From NCBI RefSeq assembly GCF_006345805.1, contig NC_043000.1, positions 115,692,001-115,756,000 of the forward strand: a stretch of DNA of 64,000 nt, read 5' to 3'. Shown here in pieces: positions 37,561 to 51,721 of this stretch. This DNA comes from Octopus sinensis (Eukaryota). The notes under the pieces are model-generated. The model saw nothing but the letters and a program-made list of their open reading frames with translations. It did not search any database and was not told where the DNA came from. The translations under genes were made by a program, and so were the position numbers. Each line of letters starts with the position of its first letter. Position 1 is the stretch's first letter.

Positions 37561-37692
37561 CCACACAGGCACTGCCGTACATACATATATACATACATAT
37601 GCATATAGCAGTATATGAATATAATATGATATATGTATGTATATGTGCATGTATACATACGATGGTGTGTATATGAAACATATATTGTATAA

Positions 37693-37733
<41 letters not shown>

Positions 37734-39264
37734 CATACATACATACATACATACATACATACATACATACATACATACATACATACATACGTACATATAT
37801 ACATACATACATATGTGTGTATATATATATATATAGGGAGAGAAATACACTCGCACACACGCACATGTATATAAAGTGGTCGTTAGAGAGCGTCTCATAT
37901 AATGTGTTGCGACATTTGTTACGTATTCACATTTGAAGCCCTGCTGGAGTGAAATTTACCTTTCACACTTTCTAGGGCCTATGAACAAGATACCTATCCC
38001 CATATTGGAATCGGAACTCCTTTCTCTCCTTCTCTTTGGATTGCGTCCGTAATTCGAAAACGAAACCTACTGACTTTGTGTCACCCTCATTGATACTTTG
38101 ATTTGCATTATGTGTACACGAGCGTGAGACGTTTTGGCACAGCCATATTGACCTCGCTTATTTGTCGTCACTGATTCGACGTTGACCCATTTGACATCTG
38201 ACGTTTTACTGTTCCTCTCGTTTTAATGCTTCTCTTATTCTCTGTCTGTTTGTCCGTCTGTCTGCCTCTGTTTATGTGTATAATCCTATTTCTCTTTATG
38301 AGTATGAGGAGAGAGGAAGTGTTTATGTCAACTGTGTTCAATTAATTAATTAATTAATTAATTGCAATGTCTCCCTCTCTCACTTCTCTACCTCTCCTGC
38401 CCCGTTTATGTGCGTGGTTATCTAGTTATGTTTGTGTGTATAATGGTTCTCTCTCTTCCTCACCGTCTCTGTGTGTATATTTCTAATCACGCGTGTGTGC
38501 TGCTCGTTTGTCGGTGTGTATTTGCCTTCATTGCGTAAAAATTGCTGTTGCCAAAACAAGTTCAGTGTCCCGTCAGCCGTGCCAAATCATTAGCGCCCAA
38601 ACAACTGCGCCCAATCATCTCATCCCGAGTGAAAAACAGATGAAATGCCTTTAACCGCTAAGCATTTCGCTCCGCATGCTCACAATTCTGTCAGCTCGTT
38701 GACTTCTTAATACAAATATTACGAAAGCATTTATATTGTAGAAGACCCATTTTAACCATTTGAAAACACACAGGACTTAAATTCTGTTTGTTGTTACCTC
38801 ACAAGATATCAGCATTTCGATTACACAGCAACGACGTGGCCTCTGACACACTTCCACTGTATCTGTTTGAAAGTTTGTTACTTTATAGTTCTCACAGGCC
38901 TAAGTTTTCTTCTTCCGAGTTGAATTCACTGACATTATGGGTCTTTTGTATTCACCTTGACTGACGTTGACTAACGTCGACTTCATGTCACCAGTCATCA
39001 GCCAAGCATCATTAGTCACTTTCAAGTTCCATTGTTTTGCGTATTTACAGAATTGTCCTCATTCCACCTATTTTCCTTTTTTTTTTTCTCTTAATTTTAA
39101 ATTTAATTTCAGAATTCGATTTCAGATTACTAGACAAGTAAACAAACTCAACTCTGTAAAATTTTACTTTTATTAAATAAAACTATGTACAGACCAAATT
39201 CAAAGATTCAATTCTGCTTAAACATCATCTACAAAGACGATATTGTTATGATAATCATATTACT

Positions 39265-39268
39265 ACTA

Positions 39269-39300
<32 letters not shown>

Positions 39301-39306
39301 GATACG

Positions 39307-39359
<53 letters not shown>

Positions 39360-39439
39360 CACCACCACCACTATTACTACCACCACCACCACCACTATTA
39401 CTACCACCACCATCACCACCACTACTACTACTACTACCT

Positions 39440-39481
<42 letters not shown>

Positions 39482-39532
39482 ACACCACTACCACAACCAC
39501 CACCACCACTATTACTACTACTGCTACTACTA

Positions 39533-39564
<32 letters not shown>

Positions 39565-39573
39565 CTACTACTA

Positions 39574-39606
<33 letters not shown>

Positions 39607-39618
39607 GTGTTGGCGGTG
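39265..39618. repeat. (CTA)n/(CCA)n compound microsatellite
   Basis: Trinucleotide runs. Confidence 0.95.
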
Positions 39619-40227
39619 GTAATGTTAAAGCCTTGGTTAACATCGAAAAGATGTCACGCACGCAATCACACAACGTATATAATGTCTGGACTGATATTCT
39701 GCACGCAAACACACACAAAACAAAGAACGAAGAAACGGTACAAAATGGTTCTTTAGATATTTCTTGTCACAGCATTTTCGAGTGTTTCACTTTCTGTTTA
39801 CAAGTTGCCATTACTTGTCTCATAGAATTCAAATTGTCGCTTGCGATTAACAATTACGATTTTACAAATGGACGGTACCGTAGCGTTGGTGGTAAGACAG
39901 TTTTTTTTTGTTTTTTATGACAACCGAGTTTGCGATTCAGGTTCGATTCCCGGTTATAGCTTTTTCACTTACGCTGCAAATGCCCTTCACAAAGGCATTG
40001 ACATAAACGCTTCCAAATTTCAAAGTAACAAAAGTTTAAGATATCGACCTTATCACATATGTATCTGTGGCCGAATGGTTAAAAAGCTTGTTTTGTCACT
40101 ACGCGGTCCTGAGTTTGATTGCGTTGTATGGCATTTTGAGCAAAGATCATTTTATATATAACTCAGGGGCCACCCATAAAAACTCAGTGAAAGTGGGTAG
40201 AAAAAATAAAACATTTACCATATATTT

Positions 40228-40297
40228 CCTGGACCATGGTTTTTGACTTTAAATTAGCAAATAAAATATTTTGCTAGGCGAAGTCTTCATCAACAGG
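40228..40297 (-). ncRNA. Candidate degenerate type-I hammerhead-like motif (family HH-D)
   Basis: CCTG TTGATGA AGAC..hairpin..GTC AAAAAC CATG GTC CAGG. Confidence 0.4.
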
Positions 40298-40692
40298 TAC
40301 GCCTAGATTAAACATATAAATACGAGGCAATCCAGCAGGTGCAATAATTAATAATATCAGGGTAAGAAAAAAATTTAGAAATTTTAACTACCAGTGACCT
40401 AGCGTGTAGAAAAATTAGTCAATAGACTATATATTATTCCTATAAATACATATTTCTAAAATTTTTTCTTACGCTGATATTATATATATATTCGATAAAT
40501 TTCCTAATCTTCTGTACTCAATGTATTTTGCCGTCGAATAGTTGTAAATCGAATATCATATATATATATGATACACACACGCCTTGAAAACGTTGTGCTA
40601 ACATGTATTTTCGAAAATATGAATTTCAGTGATATTTTCTACATCTAAATATGTTGAAACAAACATGTCGGTTTATATATATATATATATAG

Positions 40693-40731
<39 letters not shown>

Positions 40732-40812
40732 ATATAATATTGGATGAAATTACAGAAAAGCAAAAGACGAAGACAGTTGCTAAAACAACAAACAGGTGTA
40801 TTAGTTTAACGC

Positions 40813-40912
40813 NNNNNNNNNNNNNNNNNNNNNNNNNNNNNNNNNNNNNNNNNNNNNNNNNNNNNNNNNNNNNNNNNNNNNNNNNNNNNNNNNNNNNNNN
40901 NNNNNNNNNNNN
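40813..40912. other. Assembly gap (100 N)
   Basis: Run of N; interrupts a family HH-A repeat. Confidence 0.99.
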
Positions 40913-41371
40913 CTCTTTTGCAAACCCTGTGAACATACGTATATTTCCTATTTCAAAGAAATTTGATCAACAGATATAAAACCCAAGTTAAAAAGATTCC
41001 CAACAAATCAACTTCTCTGTTTGACTTTAAGACACCCCCCAATAGGGACCTTAACTCCCACATTTTAGAGCTCTATGAGCTCCAATTTTCAGGAGCAAAA
41101 ACCTTTGAATAGATTCCATACGATTTTAATTTTGGAATCTGGGCATAAAGACGAATAGTATGGGATAAATATGTCATGATTAGAATTTTTTTCCGGCGTT
41201 TAAAGAGGGAAAGAATCGGCATTAAAATTCTTCATCTGCAATTTTGTTGAATTTAAAATCATAGGTATTCCAGTTCATTACAGAAAATATAAAAGAAAAG
41301 TCTAATTCTTGATTTCCCTGTCCCACTGGCAACACCGGGTATCTCTGCTAGTATTATATAATATTATACGT

Positions 41372-41745
41372 GGAGGCATAGTGGCCCAGCGGTTAGAGCA
41401 GCGGACTCGCGGTCATAGGATCGCGGTTTCGATTTCCAGGCCGGTCGGTTTGAGTGTTTATTGAGCGAAAACATCTAAAGATCCGGCAGCGGCTGGAGGC
41501 GAACCCTGCTGTATTCTCTCACCACAACTTTCTCTCACTCTTTCTTCCTGTTTCTGTTGTACCTGTATTTCAAAGAGGCCAGTCTTGTCACACACTGTGT
41601 CACGCTGAATCTCCCCGAGAACTACTTTAAGGGTACACGTTTCTGTAGAGTGCTCAGCCACTTGCACGTTAATTTCACGAGCAGGCTGTTCCGTTGATCG
41701 GATCAACTGAAACCCTCATCGTCGTAACCGTCCGAGTGCCACCTG
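41372..41745 (+). mobile_element. tRNA(Arg)-like-headed SINE family C
   Basis: Head gtggcccagcggttagagcagcggactcgcggtc; homologous to 49190-49560. Confidence 0.8.
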
Positions 41746-41783
41746 TCTTCGTCATTTGTTTTTTATTTGTGGTGAATTATCCC

Positions 41784-41815
<32 letters not shown>

Positions 41816-41971
41816 ATATATATACATATACATACATATATATATATGTAATATACGATCGTGGGTTTGTGGCATAATCCTGTTGTTCCCTTTGTGGATT
41901 GACAGGACAGCAATTGGTTTCATGCGAGAGAAATCACAATTTTCAAGTCTCCCACTTAAAAAGTATTGGAT

Positions 41972-42238
41972 ATCCTCCTCCTCCTCCTCCTCCTGTCTCT
42001 TCTTCATCTTTTTTCTCCTCTTCCTCTTCTTCATCTTCTCCTTCTCCCTTCCTCCTTCTCCTCCTCTTCTTCTTTTTCTTCTCATCCTCCTCCATCTCCT
42101 TCTTCTTCTTCTTCTTCTTCTTTCTCCAGTTCTTCTTCTTCCTCTCCTCTTTCTCCTCTTTCTCCTCCTCCTTCTTTCTCCACTTCTTCTTCTTCTTCTT
42201 CTTCTTCTTCCTCTCCTCCTCCTCATCCTTCTTTCTCC

Positions 42239-42269
<31 letters not shown>

Positions 42270-42350
42270 CTTCGTCTTCTTCTCCTCCTCCTCCTCCTCC
42301 TCCCCTTCCTTCTTCTCCTCTTCTCCTCCTTCTTCTCTTCCGCCTCCTTC
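41972..42350. repeat. (CTT)n/(CCT)n polypyrimidine tract
   Basis: Trinucleotide runs. Confidence 0.95.
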
Positions 42351-42597
42351 GTTGCCGTCCCCGCCATTGTCCATCGATATATTACTCATACAACCATAAT
42401 ATACAACGATATTGCACAACAGTGACAGTTGTATCCTCGTAAAGAAACAATAACAATTTATCAAGATGTCATCTCGGACAAATACGCTGAGAGACGCACA
42501 TACACACAAATTCATGTAACATATACATATACATACATGCAAAATTATAGCGAAAGAGGGAGAGAGAGACAAGACAGGTATGTATGTGTATATATAC

Positions 42598-42646
<49 letters not shown>

Positions 42647-42736
42647 ATATATATATATGGATATTATATATATATATATCTATATATATTATGTATATAT
42701 ATATATGTATATATATATATAGATATATATATATGG

Positions 42737-42767
<31 letters not shown>

Positions 42768-43073
42768 GTATATATATATGTATATATATATGTATATATA
42801 TATATGTATATATATATGTTTATATATATGTATATAGATAGTATCAGGGTAATAAAATTATAGAAACTTTTACTACCAGCGGTCTAGCGCAAAAAAATTA
42901 GTCAATAGACTATATATTATTCATATAAAATACCGTGTACATTAAAACGCATTAAGAGGCTTCCATCATAGGAATGTCTTGCGCTAGAAAGAACAGTTAA
43001 AGTTCAAGCCACTAATTAGGGATAAATTCTCGAAGAGAATGAAAAATAAAAACATTTACCATCTTATTCAATA

Positions 43074-43140
43074 CCCGGACCAGGGCTTCTGACTTATTTC
43101 AGTAAAATAAAAATATACTGAGGCCGTCTTCTTCAGCGGG
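43074..43140 (-). ncRNA. Candidate type-I hammerhead-like motif (family HH-D)
   Basis: CCCG CTGAAGA AGAC..hairpin..GTC AGAAGC CCTG GTC CGGG. Confidence 0.45.
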
Positions 43141-43151
43141 TAGCCTTAGAT

Positions 43152-43208
<57 letters not shown>

Positions 43209-43659
43209 TAAATATAACATATGAATAATCATACACACACACACACACACACACCACCAACACATACACACAAACACACACAAACACACACACACACAAC
43301 ACACATAATATATATATTATATATATATATAATATATATATATTATATATATACATATATATACATCATATATATGCAAAAATATACATATACATATATT
43401 AAGCAAAATATGAGTTAGCGGTTATTCAGCCATCTAAGGGATAAATGTATCCGTAGACACTACTGATGTACTACCTCACTATGTATAGTCCTAGCTGTAA
43501 GGTATACCTTAGTTGGTAATTTAAAGGTAAAACTGTGGTTTAATATATATAGAAAAGAAAAGAAATGGAGCTGTAATTAATACCAATGATCAACTGCTTT
43601 TTGTTAATTACTGCTCAATTTCTTTTCTATATACATACACACGGACACACACACATACG

Positions 43660-43700
<41 letters not shown>

Positions 43701-44060
43701 ACATAAATATACATGCATAGTGAAAGTAATAGAAATGAAACTAATGTGTGTATGTATATATATATATATACTTATATCCATACAAAGTGGAAAGTATTAA
43801 TAGTGAAATGTATTAAAACTGAAATTATTATCTCACATTACAATAGAGATTTTATTGTTTCACTTTTGATACGTAATACTGAGATAGTGTAACAGATAAG
43901 AGATCGCTCCAGTTCGCATTAGGTAAGAAGTTGAAAATGTTTTTGGCCCCTTACACTGCATGGACCCTAAGTAAGCCATGTGTAAAATCTGAATAAAATC
44001 GTGTTGGGCAGTTCTCGAGATTAGTGATGCAGACAGACCAACAGACACACACATTCTCAG

Positions 44061-44104
<44 letters not shown>

Positions 44105-45246
44105 TATATATATAGAATATATATATATATATATAACCCGTATTTAATCCCCTATTATCGATCTAAAAGTAAATACAACCGCAAAAGTAATTACGCTATG
44201 ATACTAGTAAAATATTTGTTAATAATTCCTTACGGGAGACAAATTAAATCTAATCTCCCACTGCTGTTCGTCAGCTATTGCTAGGAATTTCCAAACAATT
44301 CTAGATACTACTCTATTATCAATTCACATAGGTTAGGATAGGTTTCAAACAAGACAAAAATCTCTTGCAAATTATCTCTTCACATAATAACAAACTGTTA
44401 CATATTAATACATTTACTAATACTACATTAATTTAGCTAATACCATCAAACCCTCTAGAAATATTAATAACAAGGTTATTGTATCTGAAGTCAATTCCAA
44501 TAGAATTAAGTTTATGTCAAGTAACTCTAAGATTAAAAATTCTATACCAGTGTATAATCAGTACTCGTAATAAAGTACGATTTTACATGGAAGCTCATCG
44601 TTAGAGTTATCTAAAAGAATTTCTATCCATTACTCAACATTTAGGGATAGAAAATAAACGTAATAGTACCGGTCTCAGCAAAGATTTGGGATTTAAAAAG
44701 ACACAATGAACAATTTCATTAGAATGGTTGATTCTCTCAATCTCGATACCCATATGACACAAGGCACGGAAATTCTTTCGTCTTCTGCAATTCTGAGCTA
44801 TTTTTCATTATTTTTCTAAAAATACTCTAGTACACACGGTTATCGAACGAGCATACAGATGTAAGCATTGGCAAAAACATACATTTAGTGCATATAAGTA
44901 GTCTCTATCATTATATATAATTTAAACTTTAATTTCCTTTATATTTAACATTCACTATTGGTATCCCTACTCTTTCTGTTAGCTACTTATGATGTTATAT
45001 CATATAACGTTTTTTTAAACAATATTAATAGCGTTCTATCTATCGCTATACAAATCCATCATTTTTTGCTAAAATGTCTTATTGACGAGTTTCGCTTTTT
45101 TCACTTTCCTGAGGAGAAGATTGCATTGTTTATACCATTTATTTTGAATATTATCAGTGGAATTTTCGAAACATGTGTCGAAAGTAAAAATATTTGATTA
45201 CACCTGCGTTAAACTCCATTTTTATTCATATATACATATACATACA

Positions 45247-45350
<104 letters not shown>

Positions 45351-45509
45351 TAGATATAAGGGGGAACCACTATGTGGAAACCCTTACGCTAGAAAAAGAT
45401 TCGCTATGGTCTCAACACTAAGAATTGTTCTTCAGAATTTAGCACACACACACCACATAATTTATAGATATGGAAATACAACAATGTATATGCATATGTA
45501 TATATAATA

Positions 45510-45540
<31 letters not shown>

Positions 45541-45707
45541 ATATGATATATATATATATATATATAATATATATATATATACATACATACACACATATAT
45601 ATATATATATATATATAAATTAATAATAAATATTAGGGAATCAATCCAAACTTATAGGGAAAAATCAGATTTAGGATTGAATCCAATTTTATAGTAAAAT
45701 ATTATAT

Positions 45708-45947
45708 TATATTAAATTAGAGACAAAACCACTATTAGGCAAATCATAGAATGAAAAACTTAAGCAATACATAGATTATTTAATTTATATTATTTAATAT
45801 ATAACAAAATATTAAAAAAATATAATTAATTATATTTTTTAATAATTTTGTTATATATTTAAATAATATAAATTAAATAATCTTATGTATTGGCTAAGTT
45901 TTTCATCGTATGATTTGCCTAATAGTGGTTTTGTCTCTAATTTAATA
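45708..45947. repeat. Spacerless palindrome, arms about 120 bp, centre 45827/45828
   Basis: agagacaaaaccactattaggcaaatc mirrored by gatttgcctaatagtggttttgtctct. Confidence 0.9.
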
Positions 45948-45955
45948 TATATATG

Positions 45956-46002
<47 letters not shown>

Positions 46003-47039
46003 GCTTAGATGCAGACACAGATAATTAAAACACACGACACAAATGTAAACATGAAATATAAGGAACCAAACTAACGACAAGCCACCAGCTGCTCCCATAA
46101 AAACCAATCACAAATACGTTGAAAAACATTACAGTAACCATTTCTGGGAAATTCTGTTACATTTTCTACAGAATTGGAGACAAAGAAAAAACCATAAATC
46201 AAAGCTTCCTCCTCCTCCATCTTGCCCCTTCTTCCTCTTCTGTCTCTTCGCTTTTCGACCACTCTTCCTTAACTTCTTTAATGTTCTCCTCAATACTGGG
46301 TACGACAATATATATATATATATATATAATTAAATATGGGTAGAAATTGATATTAATCAATTAAAACCAGTGGTTTAGCATATTTTAAAAAATCCAAAGA
46401 TTAAAAATTGTTTTACATACAAAATTTAGAGGACTGACCACTAAAAGTAGACCGCCTATATGCTAAACATAGACGTCAAATCGCCATTTACCACGAAGAA
46501 TGTGTTCTCAAGAAAAATCTCAGCAAAAACCAAAGTGTAAAAATAAGCAAGACAAATGAAAATATACGAAATAAAAAACGATTACCTATGTACCTAAATT
46601 TTATTTATATATATATATATATATATGACAAATGTATAAGCAAATGACGTAACGAACACTGAATGTAAAAACGAACGGGCGACAAACAGAAGGTCCGTAA
46701 TTCTTCATCAGTTATGGACCAATAGGTTTCCGTTTCGCACCTTTATCTATAAGACTGAATGTTTCCCTATTTGCAGTACCCGCTAAAAAAAAGAAAGGTT
46801 TAATTGCGGAGAATTAGAGACAAGAACAAAAAAAGCAAAATATATATGTGTATGTATGATAGATCGTTAGCCGCTAAACCTCTTTTATTTTCTCTCCTTG
46901 TTTATTTCTGTGTTCCTTTCTGTCAAAGAGCGTAGGCTCGAAACGTAAAAAACTTTCTCACTTCCCAAGCGTTAAATTTATACATCTGTTTGTTGTTTAC
47001 ACACCCGTCTTCGTCTTTTGTTTTTTTTGTAAATTCGGG

Positions 47040-47440
47040 CGCAGGATTGGTTGTGTGGTAAGTAGCTTGCTTACCAACCACATGGTTCCGGGTTCAGTCC
47101 CACTGTGTGGCACTTTGGGCAAGCGTCTTCTACTATAGCCTCGGACCAACCAAAGCCTTGTGAGTGGATTTGATAGACGGACACTGAAAGAAGCCCGTCG
47201 TATATATGTATATGTATATATACGTGTGTGTGTGTGTTTGTGTGTCTTTGTTTGTCCCCCCCAACATCGCTTGACAACCGATGCTGGTGTGTTTACGTCC
47301 CCCGTAACTTAGTGGTTCGGCAAAAAGAGAACGATGGAATAAGTACTAGGCTTACAAAGAATAAGTCCTAGGGTCGATATGCTTGACTAAAGGCGGTGCT
47401 CCAGCACGGCCACAGTCAAATGACTGAAACAAGTAAAACA
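47040..47440 (+). mobile_element. SINE family B, full length
   Basis: Head, body and tail match the family. Confidence 0.88.
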
Positions 47441-47845
47441 GTATGTATATATACAACAGTTTTTCGGTTTTTGCCTACCAAATTCACTAAGTCTTTGCGG
47501 GATTGGCCGGCCTGAGGTGATAATAAAATATACCCCAATTGCCAACCGTGCAGTGGAACTGAACCCGAAACCGTGTGATGGTTGCAAAACGAGCTTCTTA
47601 ACCACACAGTCGCCTCTACTCTTACTATTGAAAAACTTCTCATATAATCGACCCCATCATTTTTCAAGAAAAAGTTGTTTTATTATTTTCTTTATGAAAC
47701 AATAAGATATTTCTTAGACAATTACGGAGATATTTCTGCTTCATATTTCCCATGATACTCTGTCAACTTTTGACAAGACGTGGTATTTTCCATTGATTTA
47801 TATCTTCCATACACAATATATTGTATATAATATGATATATTATAT

Positions 47846-48420
47846 AGGAGTGGCTGTGTGGTAAGAAAGGCGGTGAGCTGGCAGAAACGTTAGCACGCCG
47901 GGCGAAATGCTTAGCAGTATTTTGTCTGCCGTTACGTTCTGAGTTCAAATTCCGCCGAGGTCAACTTTGCCTTTCATCCTTTCGGGGTCAATTGAATAAG
48001 TACCAGTTACGCACTGGGGTCGATATAATCGACTTAATCCGTGTGTCTGTCCTTGTTTGTCCACTCTGTGTTTAGCCCCTTGAGGGTAGTAAAGAAATAG
48101 GTATTTCGTCTGCCGTTACGTTCTGAGTTCAAATTCCGCCGAGGTCGACTTTGCCTTTCATCCTTTCGAGGTCGATAAATTAAGTACCAGTTACGTACTG
48201 GGGTCGATGTAATCGATTTAATCCGTTTGTCCTTGTTTCCCCCCTCTATGTTTAGCCCCTTGTGGGCAATAAAAAAGTAAGAAGCTTGCTTCCCAACAAC
48301 ATGGTTCCGGGATCAGTCCCACTGCGTGGCACCTTGGGCTAGTGTCTTCTACTATAGTCTCGGGCCGACCAAAACCTTGTGAGTGGATTTGGTTGACTGA
48401 AAATGAAAGAAGCCCGTCGT
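47846..48420 (+). mobile_element. SINE-B interrupted by a dimeric SINE-A (47868-48276)
   Basis: TSD gtaagaa at 47861-47867 and 48277-48283. Confidence 0.85.
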
Positions 48421-48699
48421 GTATAGATATATAGGAATGAGAACCCAGGTTCGAAATTTCCCCAAGACACCCGATGAAGGCTGGAACGTATATCAGCCGA
48501 AATATGTTAACAAACAAGATGAGGACAAATATCCGTCGAATATAAATAATGTGAATAATGTACATAATTGCTCATCTCTTAAATATAGAACCCCAGTGTT
48601 TATGCTCCTTTTTAAAGGCTTCTACTTATTCTCAGGGACGCTAGTTATATATTCATAAGCACACTCGGTTCTTGTGAATGCATAACTAACGCCTCCAAA

Positions 48700-49000
48700 G
48701 TCCTTATAAAACGCTATGCTTCTTAACACTTGAATACCTTTCATAGCGATCTCACATACATAACATTGCTGAAACTGCATCCAAAAGGCTAGATTTCCTC
48801 TTCAAGACTAGAAAATGATTTAGTTCTTATCCATTGCTGGCAATCTGAAAAGTTCAAGTACAACCCACGCTATAACAACGTTAATATCAAAACACACAAA
48901 CATCTTAGAATTTATTTGAAAGGAAGCTATTCAGCTGATCAAACACAAACATTCCGCTGATCATTCGTAAGTTTACGAAGCAATGAAGAAGTATATTATC
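48700..49000 (+). pseudogene. LINE (CR1/L2/Jockey-type) RT C-terminal relic
   Basis: HIHNIAETASKRLDFLFKTRK*FSS..LL..*K..VQPTL resembles the HI..I...A.K.LG.L.R...YK..RP.LEY motif. Confidence 0.55.
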
Positions 49001-49189
49001 ACTTGACCTGTTCTCCCCACCACCAAAAAAGAAGCTAAATCTCCCTTGAATTAAACTCTACAACCTTAAATAAAGGTCTTGGTAGAGGGCACCACACCAG
49101 AACGTTCGCTAGAGCTATAACTATAGAAATACTTAAAGAAAAGATCTCAAAATATATCTGAATTGTTTCTTTATTGTTATATGTATTGC

Positions 49190-49560
49190 CATAGTAATCG
49201 TGGTTAGGGCAGCGGACTCGCGGTTGTAGGGTCGCAGTTTCCATTCCCAGACCGGGCGTTGTGAGTGTTTATTGAGCGAAAACACCTAAAGCTCTACGAG
49301 GTTCCGGCAGAGGGTGGTGGAAAATCCTGCTGTACTCTTTCACCACAAATTGCTCTCAGTCTTCCTGTTTCTGTTGTACTTGTATTTCAAAGGGACCCGC
49401 CTGGTCACACTCCGTGTCACGTTGAATCTCCCCCGAGAACTACGTTAAGGGCACACGTGTCTGTGGAGTGCTCAGCCACTTACACGTTAATTTCACGAGC
49501 TGGCTGTTCCGTTGATCGGATCAACTGGAACCCTCGTCGCCGCAACCAGCGGAGTGCCAT
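49190..49560 (+). mobile_element. SINE family C
   Basis: Homologous to 41372-41745. Confidence 0.8.
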
Positions 49561-50111
49561 AGTACCCTCTGTGAACACATTTAAACGTGTCACCACGGCC
49601 GTATCGTTTTTCTCTGTTGAGCTTCTGTTAGTCATAAATCCTTTTGTTCTAACAGTTACTTTTCTTGAACAGCTGCTCTTTGGAACTCACTATCATCGCC
49701 TTGATTTTCTCTGTCTATCTTATTCAGTTCTGTACAGTAAAACGGACAAACCATTGTCTTTTGGCCAGGTACTCTGTGTAATACCTTAAAATTTAGTTTC
49801 TTTCAAAGTCATCAGAGCGCCTGTAGAATATATGATTACTTTATATAATCTAGCTGATCTCCCCACTCACAAAAACAAAGCCAAAAGCAAAACAAGTATT
49901 TTTTAAGTATAGTTTTCCCAGTTATTCTTGTGTATCTATTTTTTGTTTTCTTCCCAAAGTAGTGTTTGCGATTAAAAATAAGAGCTTTGCTACGTTTATC
50001 AGCAAACAACTGCGGTAAATATATTTTGTATCCGAAGTTCAATAAAATCAGGTTTGCTCTTAGAAAACACACGAAAACTAAAAAACTCCAGTATGTGTGT
50101 GTGTGCGTATG

Positions 50112-50149
<38 letters not shown>

Positions 50150-50156
50150 TATATAT

Positions 50157-50362
50157 AAAGTTAATCCAAACAAGAAAGCACAAAAAAACACAACAACGCG
50201 AGGACGTGGAACAAATATAATATTATTGGACGCCCAGGAAAGAAGGAAAGAAGGAGGGTTTAACGTTTCGAGCGGAGCACTTCGTCGGAAACATAGGAGA
50301 AGGAAAGATCCAGAGAAGGGAAGACAGAGGAAAAAAAATCGCCAACGGTACACACGAGGTCA
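50157..50362 (-). mobile_element. Family HH-B repeat with hammerhead-like motif at 50258-50292
   Basis: Near-identical to 25077-25290. Confidence 0.75.
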
Positions 50363-50381
50363 TTACAGCTCTTCACTGTCT

Positions 50382-50686
50382 TTATTATTGCTGTTGTTGT
50401 TGTTGTTATTATTATCATTATTATTATTCAGTAGCTCTGTGTACTTTGGGTATGTCCTGTGATTTGCTGTGATGCTCTTATTTTTATTGTATTGAAAGTG
50501 TTTTACGTAAGATGTTTGCGGTGCCCAGTAGCGCAATTTTCTGTATGCTATGTATACATGTAAATCCTGGTGTTTTTGTTATGTATTTGTCCGAATGTTT
50601 TCTTTTACCATACCTAATGCACCTACTATGATAGGAATTGTTTCTGTTTTTAGGCTCCACATTCGAGTTACCTCTATTTTCAGATC
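50382..50686 (-). mobile_element. R4/Dong-like RLE LINE 3' end with (TAA)n tail
   Basis: LKIEVTRMWSLKTETIPIIVGALG..IQKIALLGTANILRKTLSIQ* then a short UTR and (taa)n. Confidence 0.8.
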
Positions 50687-51296
50687 ATCATCATCATCAT
50701 CATCATCTTCTTCTTCTTCTTCTTCTTCTTCTTCTTCTTCTTCTTCTTCTTCTTCTTCTCTTCTCATCATCGTCGTCGTCGTCGTCGTCATCATCATCAT
50801 CATCATCATCATCAAGGTGGTGAACTGACAGAATCGTTAGCATGTCGGAAAAGATACTTCCTATCGTTTTTTCCAGTTCTTTACGTTCTTAGGTCGATAA
50901 AATAAGTCACAATTGAATACCGGGATCGTTGTGATCGACAAACTCTCTTCCCCTAAAATTGCCGTTTACTTCAATAACTACAATGAGACCCGTGCTTCAC
51001 TAGCAAGGGCAGAATAAGGCCGAAACGTGCGTAGAATTATTTCCCATCCCCCCCCCAAAAAAAAATAGAATTAAACTTTTGAATTATATCGTATTTAACG
51101 CGGTTAGTTATCTGGATAATTCCAAACAGCGTCAGTTATCAAAGCAAGTTAGACCATTTAGAAAAATGTGTCCGCATGAAGTTTATGCCATGTTTAATGT
51201 TTGTGTGTGTATTTAATCTGATATTATGTGCTGAAACAAGATAATGTGTTGAAATTAAGTTTGCGTGCGTTGATTTATAGATACTGAAAAAAAAAG

Positions 51297-51660
51297 AGTG
51301 ACTGTGTGGTGAGAAACTTGCTTACGAACCACATGGTTCCGGGTTCAGTCTCACTGTGTGGTACCTTGGGCAAGTGTCTTCTACTATAGCTTCGCGCTAA
51401 CCAAAGCCGTGTGAGTGGATTTGGTAGACAGAAACTGAAAGAAACCCGTTGTAGATATATATATATATGCGTGTGTGTGTTTGTCTCCCCACCTTCGATT
51501 GACAACCGATGCTGTCGTATTTACGCCCCCGTAACTTAGTGGCTCGGGAAAAAGAAACCGATAGAATAAGTACGAGGCTTACAAAGAATAAGTCTTGTGG
51601 TTGATTTATTCGACTAAAGGCGGTGCTCCAGCATGGCCGCAGTCAAATAACTGAAACAAA
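51297..51660 (+). mobile_element. SINE family B
   Basis: Head, body and tail match the family. Confidence 0.85.
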
Positions 51661-51721
51661 TCAGTGATAGGGTATATCAAAGTGGATCAAACATTTTGTA
51701 TAAAATTATTCTTTGTATTAT

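Noticed and set aside
39870-39960. tRNA-like B-box GGTTCGATTCC
   Set aside because: No foldable cloverleaf; most likely a decayed SINE head
41694-42572. Poly-Arg/Lys/Leu ORFs
   Set aside because: Products of the (CTT/CCT)n tract
44200-44430. Weak PLE-like peptide LLQIISSHNNKLL
   Set aside because: Too short and interrupted by stops to call
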